Source: the human T2T-CHM13v2.0 reference genome, Homo sapiens. From it: 64,000 nt of DNA. The stretch is taken from assembly GCF_009914755.1 (NCBI RefSeq), contig NC_060945.1, one strand, 5' to 3'. Positions 45,867 to 58,474 of this stretch are shown piece after piece. The stretch's first letter is position 1; the number at the start of each line of letters is the position of its first letter. A program made the position numbers and the translations under genes. The notes beneath the pieces were generated by a model that was not told the origin of the DNA, searched no databases, and saw nothing but the letters and a program-made list of their open reading frames with translations.

Positions 45867-46379
45867 TTAATACATTCAAAAGAAATAGAACAGGCAGGTT
45901 TTGATGAGAAAGAACTAGAATTCGACTTTAAAATGAAAAGCTAGAGAAAAAAATTAATAGGAAACAAGCCTACTCTTAGAGTCCTTTTTACTTTTTAAAA
46001 TATCCCAAGAGTAAATAAAGTCATCATCACAGGATGAAACTGACCAAGTGGGGTTAAATTATCTAACAAAATTACACCACACCTCATGATGATGGCATTT
46101 TAATGGGAAATACTGCGGGCAACTGGTGTGACCACCATCACAGGAAGAGTCATATGTGATCAATGTAGTCCCACCTTGAAGGAAAATCTGAGAAACTGTG
46201 GCAGCACATCATGAGTCAGAATAAGATATGAGAAAATAAGAGAAAAATAATGAGAGCTAGATATAAAACAGTGACCTTGCCCAGACTATTGCATGGTTTT
46301 GTATGACTGTACATATGTGATTTCTTATGGGGACACTTTTTACATCAACTATTTTTGGTGCACAACACCCTTAGCATTT

Positions 46380-46582
46380 CATTATTTTTTTCACGTTTCT
46401 CTTAGACAAAAAGAAAAATATAACTGAAACATATTAGGTCTAAACAATTTAATCATCGTCATATGCACAGTTTCTGGCAAATGTTGCAGTAATTCTCTCA
46501 AAAATGTTAAATACCATAGGGCACCCTTGTGAATTTTCCATGATGCCCCAGGATGCTTTGGCACATAGTTTGAGAACCATGT
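46380..46582. mobile_element. Possible hAT-Charlie DNA transposon end
   Basis: gatgccccaggatgctttggcacatagtttgagaaccatg resembles a Charlie/MER terminus; the other end was not identified. Confidence 0.4.
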
Positions 46583-46964
46583 GTAGTTATTTGGTCGAGT
46601 AATCACATATTCATGTTGGCCTCCTTGTTTTACTCATTGGCACTGCTGGCGCAAACAAACCATTGATTGTAGGCCTCCGTAAGTTGACCAAGGTTTGGAA
46701 TCATTCAGTAGCTTACCTCTCTGAACTCTTACACTTTCATCTCTCCAGAAGTTCAAACTTACACAGAATTAGATCCAAGGCCAAGCCAACTAGATCATCT
46801 AGAGTTGATGTGAAGGTACTCACTAGGAAATAAAATATCATAAAAAGTGTTTTTGTTTCTACATATATGTCTCTGTTTTCATAAGATATGTGTTTAGTTT
46901 TATGGCATTGCATGGAAATAACACTCTGAACCTCCATGGTGATAAACTTTGTATGATTTTTTAT

Positions 46965-47130
46965 TTAATTATTCAATTATATATGATAGTTGATATCATT
47001 ATTTCAATATTTTAGATGAGGAAGCTGTGACTTAGTAGGTCTATGAAAAATTTCCAAATTTGAAAATGACAGGGACAGATAATATGCACTTCACACCAAA
47101 GTTTTCTGACTCTAAATTTTATAGATTTTC
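46965..47130 (-). mobile_element. MIR fragment
   Basis: tatcattatttcaatattttagatgaggaagctgtgacttag..ttttctgactctaaa. Confidence 0.6.
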
Positions 47131-47388
47131 TTTTAAATTTTATACAGTCTATATGTGTGTGTTAGAGTTATAAATAAGATTTAAGATGGTTACTCAAATA
47201 ACAAAATCACTGAAGAAATTTCAGAAAGTATAGAGAAGTTTATAAAAGAAAATAAGTATATAATTATAAATTTGTAGATGGAGACATAGAGACAGATTGA
47301 TGATAGCTGATAGATGATAGGTTTGTTGATAGATCAATTGATTGATTGATGGAGAGTGATATCTTATTGTTACTAGGTAGGGTCCTCT

Positions 47389-48852
47389 TGTCACAGGATC
47401 CTTAGAATGTGCCTTTGCTAGCCGAAAACCTCTGTGGTCAGTGGCGCCTTTGCCCGAGTTTTGCTCAGGCCCACTGGGCTCATTCAGCCCACTCAGCCTG
47501 GCAGGCTGCATTCGGCTTTCACTCTTGGCCCAGATCCCATGCCTGCCAAGGGCAAGCCAGGCGTGGAGCAGCAAGTGGTGTGTGAGTGAGTGTGCGCAGG
47601 GACCAGCCACTGTGCACAGCCAGGCACGCCAGCTATGGCGGGGCAGGCAACTCCAGGTGCTGGCATCGGTGCTGGCTCCTTGCTGCGGCTGGACCAGACA
47701 TACCACAAGCACCTTGCACTGCAGGCATTGGGCAACACTGTTGGACCCTGAAGCTTGGATATATCAGGAACTGCAGAACCCCAAAGAGGGTGTCACAGCC
47801 CTGGCTTCGGGAGCTCCTAAGTCTGGCTCCCCGAAGGAATGCAGCTCTTCTCACCTTCTCTCTTCTGATCGCCTGCAACATGGCAAGAGGTGGGGAGAGG
47901 GACGTGTTTCAGCCCTCTGTGTTACAACTCTTCCTGTCTCACCATTTGGGGGGTCTCGCCTTCTTGTTCTGCGTCCAAGAATGAGGTACACGGACAACTA
48001 GAGAGTGAGGAAGGAAAAGAGGTGCTTTACTGAGTGACAATATAGCTCTCAGGGGACCCGAAGTGGGTAGCTCCTTTCCCCAGGCAGCTCGTCCCGACAG
48101 TGTCCAGCCTTTAGTGGAGGGGAGACTCACAGTGAGTAGCAGGCAGGTTGTCCTGTAGTTCACGGGCAGCTATTGGTGGGCCGGAAAATCCATCATAAGT
48201 TCTCACTCCGGTCTGCAGAACTGACAGCCCAGTCCCCAGGCTTCAGACTGGCCCAGCCTTGAAGGTGGGGCTTCACTGGGGACCCGCCCCTTTCTGCCCA
48301 GGAGCTGTCTCCTGCTGCCATCAACCTACTGCTACGTTGCCTACAGTGCCCAGGCTGTTCATGCCAAGCGCCAACTGCAGGCCCATGCCAAGCTGCCCTT
48401 ATCCCCACCTCGGCCTCCCTCCCATGCTCCTTGGTGCCCAAAGTCCAAAAGGGGCAGAGGTAGCAGGGAGCTGGTGTGTCAGTGCTGTCCTGAGTGCAAG
48501 CACACCTAGAGGGGTTGCGACAGAGCCTGGGCTTGACTTTAACTTTGCTCTGAAATCAGAGAGGACCCCGGGAGTGGGGAGAGGCCAGGCAGTGGGAGCA
48601 GGTACTTCCAAGCCTGCAGGGTCAGAGGAGCTTCCCAGGCCCTTGAGTTGATAGGAATGCCTGGGTCCGCAGCCAAGCTTGGATGGCTGCAGCTGCGTCC
48701 TGGAGGGCGGGGCTCTCGCCCCTTTAACTCAGAAGCGGGTGTGGCTCCCACTTGTTACCCGCTCCCCCTGGCTCCCTGGAGTGCAGAGCCCCGGCCACGC
48801 CTTCCCTGCTGAAGTCAGCGTCTTTGAAGCAGATGGGCTGCTGCTGCCATAA
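47389..48852 (-). mobile_element. MER52A-like ERV1 LTR (3' LTR of a minus-strand provirus)
   Basis: tgtcacaggatcctt..aaacctctgtggtcagtggcgcctttgcccgagttttgctc; gacccgaagtgggtagctccttt; ends agatgggctgctgctgccataa; purine tract (minus strand agaagaggaat) abuts at 48853. Explains the GC-rich ORF cluster. Confidence 0.9.
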
Positions 48853-49598
48853 ATTCCTCTTCTGAAACGGTACATCCAACTGCCATTAGGGATGAAGATG
48901 ATGATCGCTCTTAACTGCTGACAGGGGGCATTATTTTGGAGAAAACAGCAGTTAGATCTTTCTCAGAGGCCTATCTAAGGGTCCTCAGTAAAAAGGGAGC
49001 CAAGGCTCAAGTTGTGTGACTCCTTGAAGTTTGATGGTCTCTAGATGAGAAGAAACAAAATTTACCAGGAGGTTAAGCATGTGAAGGAAAAAAAATCTAG
49101 TGTCAACAATAACAGAAATAAGAAGTAAAACAGACTAATTCTTAAAACAATGTTGTGGCTAGAGCTGTCTCATCCTGGTGAAAGAAACTGAATCTTGTAT
49201 GAGGGCCGGTAAACTTTAAAAGAGAAATAACTTTTAGGGGAGTAGGTAATCCTCTGGGAGTTCAGAATAGAGGAGTCCTTGACAAAGACGCCTTATGGTG
49301 AGGAACAGAACAAAGGTAAGGATGGTAAGCTAGAGGTCTCCCCAACTATAACTAAGGGGTTGGGGAAAATATTGGATTAAACTTTTTCTTGAGATGCCCT
49401 CCATGGTCCTACTAAGAGAGGAGTGGAGGGGTCAGATTAGAGAGGAAAACTGAAAGTCTGCTATGGTGTCCAGGAGGAGGTCCACCTTCCTCCCTTGAAA
49501 TCTGAACCATCAGAGGTGGGAGAGGAGCCCTGGGACCCATCAGGTCTCCTGGACCCAGTGACCTGTGTCTCTGGAGACAGTCTGCCTTCTAATGGTCC
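48853..49598 (-). mobile_element. MER52/MER4-group internal 3' region
   Basis: PPT next to the LTR; cagaggcctatctaagggtcctcagtaaaaagggag is typical of the MER4-group post-env region. Confidence 0.7.
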
Positions 49599-49691
49599 TG
49601 TGATGGTTAATAGTAAGTGTGAACTTGATTGGATTGGAGGTTGCAAAGTATTGTTTCTGGGTGCATCTGTGAGGGAGTAGTCAAAGGAGAT
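49599..49691 (+). mobile_element. MLT2A LTR 5' fragment
   Basis: tgtgatggttaatagtaagtgtgaacttgattggattggaggttgcaaagtattgtttctgggtg; homologous in reverse complement to 21375-21465. Confidence 0.85.
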
Positions 49692-49851
49692 TGTATTAGT
49701 CCATTTTCATGCTGCTAACAAAGATATAGCCAAGACTGGGTAATTTATAAAGGGAAGAGATTTAATGGACTCACAGTTCCACATGGCTGGAGAGGCCTCA
49801 AAATCATAGCAGAAGATAAAGGAAGAGCAAAGGGGCATCTTACATAGTGGC
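49692..49851 (-). mobile_element. THE1 (C/D-like) LTR 3' fragment
   Basis: tgtattagtccattttcatgctgcta..gactgggtaatttataaag..tggactcacagttccacatggctgg.gaggcctca.aatcat. Confidence 0.9.
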
Positions 49852-50367
49852 TTCAGGCTGTCCCCGGCTTAAAGGTGAGGCTTCACAGTGGACCTACCCC
49901 TTTCTGCCCAGGAGCCTATCTGCCTCCTGCTGCCATCAACCTGCCATCCATGGCACTCACGGTGTCCAGACTGTTTGTGCCTAGGGGCACCTGCAGGCCC
50001 ACGCTCAGCTGCCCTCAGTCATCCCTTTGCCTCCCTCCCTTGCTCATTGGTGCCCAAAGTCTGGAAGGGGCTGAGGCAGCAGGGGACTGGCATGTCATTG
50101 CTGTCCCAAGCACATGCAAACCCAGCCAGGTCACAACAGTGCCTGGGCTCAGCCTCAACTTTGCACCAAAATTGGAGCATGCATTGGGAGCATGAGCTGC
50201 ATCCAGGATGGAGGGACCCCCCACTCCTTTAACTCAGAAGTGGTCATTGCTCCCATGTATTCCTAGCTTCCATTGAGTCTTGTGGAATGTGCAGTCCTGG
50301 CCATGCCTCCCCCACTGCAGCCAGCATCTTTGCAGCAGCCACTCCAGATGGTCTCCTATTATTATGA
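49849..50367 (-). mobile_element. Second MER52 LTR fragment (probable 5' LTR)
   Basis: Colinear with 48239-48852 (cccctttctgcccaggagc, tggtgcccaaagtc, cctttaactcagaag), with an extra internal deletion. Confidence 0.88.
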
Positions 50368-50453
50368 GATTAACACAGTTTAGTGTGTATTTGTATTTTA
50401 GTTTGATACTGTGGTTCTAAGTTTTATTATAGAAAGAGCAATAAGAAGGTTTA

Positions 50454-50849
50454 TATTATGGTTTGAATGTTTGTGTGTCTTCCAAAATTCATGTTGACAT
50501 TTAATTCCTGATGCAAAGGTATTAAGAGGTGGGGCATTTAGGAGGTGATTATGTCATGAGGACTCCATCCTCATAAATGGATTAACGCCTTATATGAAGT
50601 CTCAAAGGGATGTAGTTGCCACTTCTTTTCTTTCTACCATGTGAGGACATACTGCCAGTCCCCTTTGGAGGATGCAATGTTAAAGGTGCCATCCTGGAAA
50701 CAGAGAAAGCAGCCTTCACCAGACACTGAACCTGCTGGTGACTTGACTTTGGACTTCCCAGTCTCCACAACTTTGAAAAACAAGTTCCTGTTGTTTATAA
50801 ATTACTTAGTCTCAGATATTTTATTATTGCAGCACAATGAATTAAGATA
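50454..50849 (+). mobile_element. MLT1A1/MSTD-like MaLR solo LTR
   Basis: tattatggtttgaatgtttgtgt..gtattaagaggtggggc..ccatgtgaggaca..ttggacttcccagtctcca..tttataaattac; perfect TSD GTTTA (50449-50453, 50850-50854). Confidence 0.92.
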
Positions 50850-51184
50850 GTTTACAATAACTTTATGAGTCCTGGGACAATAGGAAGAATGTAATGGCAA
50901 TAAAAAATAACTCTGAAAGCAATAAGGCTTTAATTGTTTACTGCAATGGTATGAGAATGAATCTAAACCAGAAAAAGCAACAACTCCCCCTGTTACATTT
51001 CCCTCCATAGAGACTCAGAGTCACTTTAATCAGCATGGATGGGGGCGGGAGGATTATTTCACTATAGAGGGAATTCAGAACAAATGCTGTGGCAGTTTTA
51101 TGATGCTATGCTTGGGGGAAATGATGGGAAAGGGTTAGGATTAGAAAAGCACTGAGTACTGAGTCAGTAAAGAAATGTGTGCTC

Positions 51185-51547
<363 letters not shown>

Positions 51548-51984
51548 TTAGCAGAAGCACCTGAAGAGGGCCATACAGATGGCCTCATATGAAGATACCT
51601 AGAAATAGAGACACCTAGGCTAGGAATGTCGATGCTTACAAGGGCATGGCTTACCAGCGGGCCTGAGATTTTTATTGTCACACTCTCTGGAGACTGCAAT
51701 GTAGTGGCTGTGCACTAGCTAGTTTGGAGAGGTAGTTTTTCTCCTGAGGCTTGTCAGGTAAGGCCTTTGTGATTGCTTATGGTTAGGCCTGGAAAAATCA
51801 CACAGCTTCTTAACTGGGAGCCAGGACTCTTCAAGAGTAGACATGACTAAAAGAGCAGCAAATACATGTCCTTGGTTCAAGAAGCTATTAGGTAAAAAAA
51901 AAAAAAAAAAAAAAAAAAACCAGAAATTATAACACCTCTAAACAGTATTTTGCATGGCACCCATCTGGATGAGAGAGAATTAAG

Positions 51985-52130
51985 ATACATCAGTCACCTT
52001 ATAAATCTTCTCTCATTTAAATCTTACAGTAATCAGTGAGATTGATGTCATTAGACACACTTTATAGAGAAATAGTGTTCTGAGAAATTTTTAAAAATTC
52101 ATGAATTTCACAGTGCTTTTACTGGACAAA
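51985..52130 (-). mobile_element. MIR fragment
   Basis: ctcatttaaatcttacagtaatcagtgagattgatgtcatt..ctttatagaga. Confidence 0.5.
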
Positions 52131-54584
52131 GAAAAAGTAGATTTATTCTATGTGATTGTTACTAAATATTCAAAAGACTCAGTGTGTTACCTGACTTCCA
52201 TTTCCCTTAATTTGTTTTTAATACATGTAAATCATTTTTATAAAACTAATTTTGAAAACTGGATTGAGTTTCAAATTTTCATGTGATCACATTTATCACT
52301 TTTTGTGCAAATGTTTTTTTTTGTGAATTGTCTAAGACATTATTTCCGACTACAAACAGATAAATTAGTTGTATTATTTTTTACTATTCCTTTATATTTT
52401 AAATAATCTTAAAGATTTGTTTTCAAAAATATGATTATAATAAAGTTTAAATTAATAAATGTTATATGGTAGTTATCTACTAACCACCAACAATACTATT
52501 ATCCAAATATGATTTAATGTACAGTTCATTTCTTACTTTATGCTGGCTGTAAGATTATTTCAGCCTACTAAAATCTATTTTGTAATATCTACTGTATCAT
52601 ATGTTATGTTTCTACTTGTGCATGGATCTATTTCTAATCATTTTATAATTAAATGTAAAGATAAGGAATGAATACCTGTATGCAAATTCAGTGATTCAAA
52701 TCGTTTCCGCGTTTTCAAAAAAGAATGTAATAGCTTGAAAAATTTAAGTAAAATGGGTATGTTTTATATGCAAAGATTGCTTTGCTAATATTTGAGAGAA
52801 AATATAGAAAATTTATGAGTAGATACAGAATGGTGGTTTCACAGTTATTTGAAACATTATTTTCCAGACTTTTCTGGTTTTTTTTCAATATAAAGGACTT
52901 TTCAATAAAATCTTAGTATTCACTTTCCCTTAATGTCATAATGGAAAATTATTTGGCTATTTACTAATAAAGAGGTTTTAGACAAAAATAATTGCATTGC
53001 TGGACTGAACTGAAGAGTGATTTGTATTAAATACATCCCTAGAAGTGTCTTTCAAATGCCTGCAACTGCTTCTGTTAACTTATGTTCCCAGCTTCATTTT
53101 ATTATTGGGAATGACCTTAATAAGTAGGCAGGACACAGAAACCATCTATAAGGTACTATTTTATGGGCACCAGGAAGGCCAACTACCCAAAATTTATACC
53201 CTGCAACCTGTTATGGTCTCTGAACTCAATTATTAAAGATTTATTTCTTTGTTGCTCAGACCCTTTTCAGTCTTCTGAAACACTGTCAGAATGCAAATAG
53301 TCCTCAGATTGTGCGGTCTGAAACCATAGCATTTACTAAAAAACAAAGGCGAATATAAAAACACAAGTGGATTTAATCCACATCCACACCACTTATTTGA
53401 ATTATAAGAACTGAATGTAAATAATATAACCAATTTGTGATCAAGTCTGAAATCAAACCCAGGACTCATGACTGTCAGTCTAAAGCTCTTGTTTTATAAT
53501 GAATCTATTTCTACTAGATAAATATAAAATAAAGACCAATTTGTTTTAAATGCATTTTGCCTTCTGCCATATGCTCTTGTAATAGGAAGGAAAAAGGCTG
53601 TCTCAAACTTCAATTTGACTTCTCCATTATCTTCTCTTTACTCATAAAATACACACATGTGCACACACACACACGCAACAGCAAAAAATAACCCTGTATC
53701 TATATTAATTAAAAGATTAAATTAAACCAATGGAGCAATTATTTGCTATATGTTATTTATCATTCACTTACTAAGTGACAGCAAATACATTTAATCTTAA
53801 CATTTGGTTCATATTTCAGTTCCTCCACTATTCGGTCCTAATTTTCTATATTTACATTTATTTAGTAATTTTATATAACAAAAATAAATTCTAGTTTATG
53901 TAACAAGAATTCTTATATATGCTTAGTTGCCTATAAGTAAACTTCAAAGTGAAATAAAATTCTTTCAATTTCCAGAGCCATTTCTCTTTTCTTACTTTAG
54001 GCTGGCTGTAAGATTATTTCAGCCTCTGAGTATGGCTGTCTACCATCATTCATGATGATATACCTCTCCCCACTCTCATTCAAAGAAGTCTGCCCTATGT
54101 CTATTGCTTACATGATATTAACCACTGGTATTTAATCTTTCTTCTATATTAATTATATAAATATTGTCAAATATATGCTATTAAATAAAAATACATATTT
54201 TAGAATCTGGTATTTAAGAATTTTTTACAGCTTTTTTTTTCCTACAACTAACTTAAATATCCTGTGTGATGGTTAACACAGTAAGCCTTTATTTATTATG
54301 GCAGATAGATGCCTTCAATTATATTCCTCATGCTACTCACTCTAAAGGTGACAAAGAGGTTGTATCTTTCAGGCCAAATTCATTTGAATAAAGATCTGGT
54401 TCAAGGACACGGGTTCTGAGGCAACAAGCTGGACACTAGAGAAAGAAGTGATGGCACAAAGGTTGTGTTATTGCTGAAGCATATTTGAATCTTGCTCCAT
54501 GCCTTCTTTTACTTGTTCCATCAGTTCTAGCTGCCGACTCAATTCTCTCCTCCATGATGTATTTTGTGTTTATCGCTAATTCAA

Positions 54585-54730
54585 AATGTATCACATTGTA
54601 TCATAATTTATGGCTTATCTATTCTGTTAAAAACTTAATCCATTAAGTAAAGAGTTTTATTGACTCATCTATTTTCAGTGCCCAGGAAGATGCTTAGCAT
54701 ATAGCCCAATACATATACTGAACGAAATAA
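54585..54730 (+). mobile_element. L2 3' end fragment
   Basis: tcatctattttcagtgcccaggaagatgcttagcatatagcccaatacatatactgaacgaa. Confidence 0.5.
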
Positions 54731-56151
54731 TTTTAAAAATGAAATTACATTGTTAATTTTTGTATAATGAGAAATGATTAAATTGAATAAAAGACCAATG
54801 TGGAAAACACATCTAAGGATTAGCAAACGTGAGCATGTCAAATTATTCCTAGAACATGAAGGTATACGTGGAAATTGCCTAATTATCTAATAAAAATATA
54901 AGTCAAATAAAAATTAAAAAGCTCTTTCATTGCCTTTTTAAAAGTAGAAATGCTTAGGCGAAATTCTATGCCAAAAGTCAATAATAATAAAGGTAGATGG
55001 CCAAATTAACATATAAACATTTAACATTTGTATATGTGTACATATATATGTGTGTGTGTGTGTCAGCTGTATAAAGGAAAATAAGCTTTAGTAGATTACC
55101 CCAGGTTGCAGTTTTTAGTGACTTCTTCATGCTAAGTGAATGTAACAGTACATTTGAATGTGTCGTATTATTAACGGTCCTAGAAAAAAACATAATGACT
55201 TTAAAAAGTTAACAGTGTGAAGAAAGTAGTACCAATCACACACATAATATATCAGATAATCTGTTTTCTGAAAATGAGCTTTTTAAATTAAAGTCAAGAA
55301 TATGAATTAAAAATATAAATAAATCCAAAATGGAATAAATAGGCCTTTCAAGGACATAATTCTATATGTTTAAATATGATATTAAAAATTTTTATTCATG
55401 TGCCGTTGCTTCATTTTTTTTTTTTTTTTGCTCACTCAGCTTTCTAGTTTGATTGCTGTTAATATTTTGATAAGAAACAGCGAACTGTGGATAATCTTTC
55501 TTAAAAGTAAATATGATTCTACTTCTGCTACAATAAGAATGCTCAAGTATGAATAAGCACATCTAAATCCTTTAGGGGAACTCATTCAATGTGAAATTGA
55601 ATAGATGTTCTGATAACCAACGAAACATATCCTCTCAGAAACTAAATTCACTATATACAAATTTGAACCTCTTCTCCAAATCTTATCTCTGTCAATGGCA
55701 ACAGCATTTATCTGATATCATATAGACACTATTCTGGAGAATTTTTTCTTCCTTCCTTTCTTCTTTGTACTCTTGCATATGTGAGCCTCAGTTTCCATAT
55801 CTGAAAAAAATAAGATATTGGAAATAAGGCACCACACAAAACCAACTACCACACTGACGTGGTTGATGATAACAAAGGTTAGTCCTCAAAATCGATCATG
55901 TTCACTATCACCAACACCACGTCTATTTGCAACGTTATGTTCCACACATGTCTACTGCACAATCCCACATTTGCCAAGGTTATTTTAATTTCCTCTCTGG
56001 ATTTTAGTAACTGTATTTTTAAAATAAACTTTTGTATCTGCCTTTTTCACTTTCATTTTATGTCAACTTTAAAAAATAATATGTTCCCTGAAAAATTTAT
56101 ATATGTCAGAAGCCTAGCTGGCAAAATCTAAATTTATGGTCTTGACATTAA

Positions 56152-56536
<385 letters not shown>

Positions 56537-56599
56537 TATTTATGCCATATTTTAACTAGAATTTAAATTAGCCTGAGATTCTCAAAGCACAATATAATT

Positions 56600-56910
56600 T
56601 ACATCGAAGGTATAAAAGTAAATATTACAACTACTTCAGAAAGAAATTTACCAATAATTAGTCAAATTGAAGATTTGAATAGCTACATTTTACCTAAAAA
56701 ACTCCTAGGAGTACACTTACTGGAAATTTTGGCTTCTGTGTACAATGATCAGGGTACCTGGTTATTCATTGCAGCATTGTGTGTGATAGAGAAAACATTA
56801 AATGCATGTATACATACTATTACAGGTAGGAGTATGCATCACTGTTGTAATAAATATAATGTAATATTATTTTTGAGAAATGCTTTGGAGCTGTAAGGAA
56901 AAATGGTGTA
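56600..56910 (+). mobile_element. Ancient L1 (L1ME-like) ORF2 3' fragment
   Basis: ORF 56675-56896 reads LLGVH...LFIAALCVIEK, cf. L1 ORF2 LLGIYP...MFIAALFTIAK. Confidence 0.7.
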
Positions 56911-57489
56911 GAGAGAATCACCCACTCTATGGGTCTAGATTTAGGGTTGTTGCAATGATCAGAAAAACTAACACAGTTTGACAGAATGGATAGGAGGAAG
57001 CAGAAACTCGATGGTCTTGATGGTAGTATGAAGGTTGAAGAGTCCATTACAGTGACCCATGAGTAAATTTTCTGAGCACTAAGGAAAGCACTAGTCATGC
57101 AGATGTACCAAGAGTAGTTAGGGTACCTTGTATTGCATAAAAAAAGTATAATAAATTGCCAATTTTTAGACACCCAAGGATTTTCTTTCCTAACCCTACA
57201 ACCTGCCATGGCAATACTATTACTTCTACCCAATACCCCTGAATTTGAAGGGAGGGATTTCATTGCAAAAGAGTTCCACCTATCTGGCTTATGAAAATAA
57301 ACCTGAGAATGCCTGATTTCTAATAGGCATCATGTCTAAAATATTTTCCATGATATTACCATGGAAAATATCTGTTGATCTATGGTGATATGTTATATGT
57401 AGTTAATATCATATGAATGACAACATAATATATGCTATGATGATATTTTATACAATGATAATCACCAAATTTACATATAGTAATAATAT

Positions 57490-57735
57490 CACAAATTGTT
57501 AACATATATTAGGGGCTTATTTTGTGCCAAACGCTGTTCTGTTCTCATTTCTTATAATCAATACACTTAATTATCAAAACAACCATAACATAAGGGTATT
57601 CTGAAAATTACCATTTTACACATGAGGTAAGAGAGGTCAGAGAAGTTGAACAATTTTTCTAGGGTCATACAACAGGTAGGTGGTAGAGTTAACTAGTATT
57701 ATCAAGTTTGTCAGTCTCTAGACCACAGATTTTAA
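57490..57735 (-). mobile_element. MIR
   Basis: gcttattttgtgccaaacgctgttct..ccattttacacatgaggtaagagaggtcagagaagttgaacaatttttctagggtcatacaac. Confidence 0.8.
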
Positions 57736-58038
57736 ATATAATTTAAATTAATTTCTATATAATTTTATTCTTAGAAATTATATCTCAGAAGCATATTTTT
57801 ATGTAACGTGTTTTATGTCACTTAAGTTTAAAATAATGATATTGGAGTGTGTTTTGAAAACAGAGAATGAAGAGGCAGAGATTAGAAGGAACAGCAAATT
57901 AATGGAGAAGACAGGAAGGAATGTCATCAAAAGAGTTTAATCCCATCAAGATCCCCAAAGAAGAATTGGATGCCAGTACTCTTTTTGCTTCTAACTTTCT
58001 ACTCACATCAAGTTTTTCCCCTGAGTTAATGAGATATA

Positions 58039-58474
58039 CATTTGGCCCTTGAACAACATGAGTTTGAACTGTACAGATCCACTTATACATGGATTTTCTT
58101 ATGCCTGTTGCTCCGCTAAGATAGCAAGACCTACCATTCTTCTTTCTACTCCTCCTCCTCAGCCTACTAAACATGAAGATGACAAAGATGAAAACTCTCA
58201 TTATGATCCACTTTCACTTAATGAATAGTAAACATATTTCTTCATTCTTACGATTTTAATAACTTTTCTTTAGCTTACTTTCTTGTAAGGATACAGTATA
58301 TAATACATATAATATGCAAAATAAATGTTAATCAATTGTGTATATTTATCAGTAAGGCTTTTCATCAATAGTAAGCTATTAGAAGTTAGGCTTTTGAGGA
58401 GTCAAAAGTTATACATGCATTTTCTATTGTGTTAAGGGGCTCCCTTAACTCTTGCAGTGTTCAAGGGTCAACTG
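58039..58474 (+). mobile_element. Tigger2a (TcMar-Tigger) non-autonomous DNA transposon, complete
   Basis: TIRs catttggcccttgaaca ... tgttcaagggtcaactg, TA duplication on both sides, about 436 bp, internal cctcctcctcagcctact..gaagatgac block. Confidence 0.92.

Noticed and set aside
47221-50232. Cluster of long overlapping ORFs (up to 186 aa) and high GC suggesting a gene or CpG island
   Set aside because: All lie within GC-rich MER52 LTR sequence, which has few stop codons. ORFs occur on both strands with no domain, and CpGs are largely decayed.
50366-50376. gagattaaca after the second MER52 LTR resembles the continuation of the MLT2A stub
   Set aside because: The match stops after about 10 nt and conflicts with the simpler nesting order; probably chance
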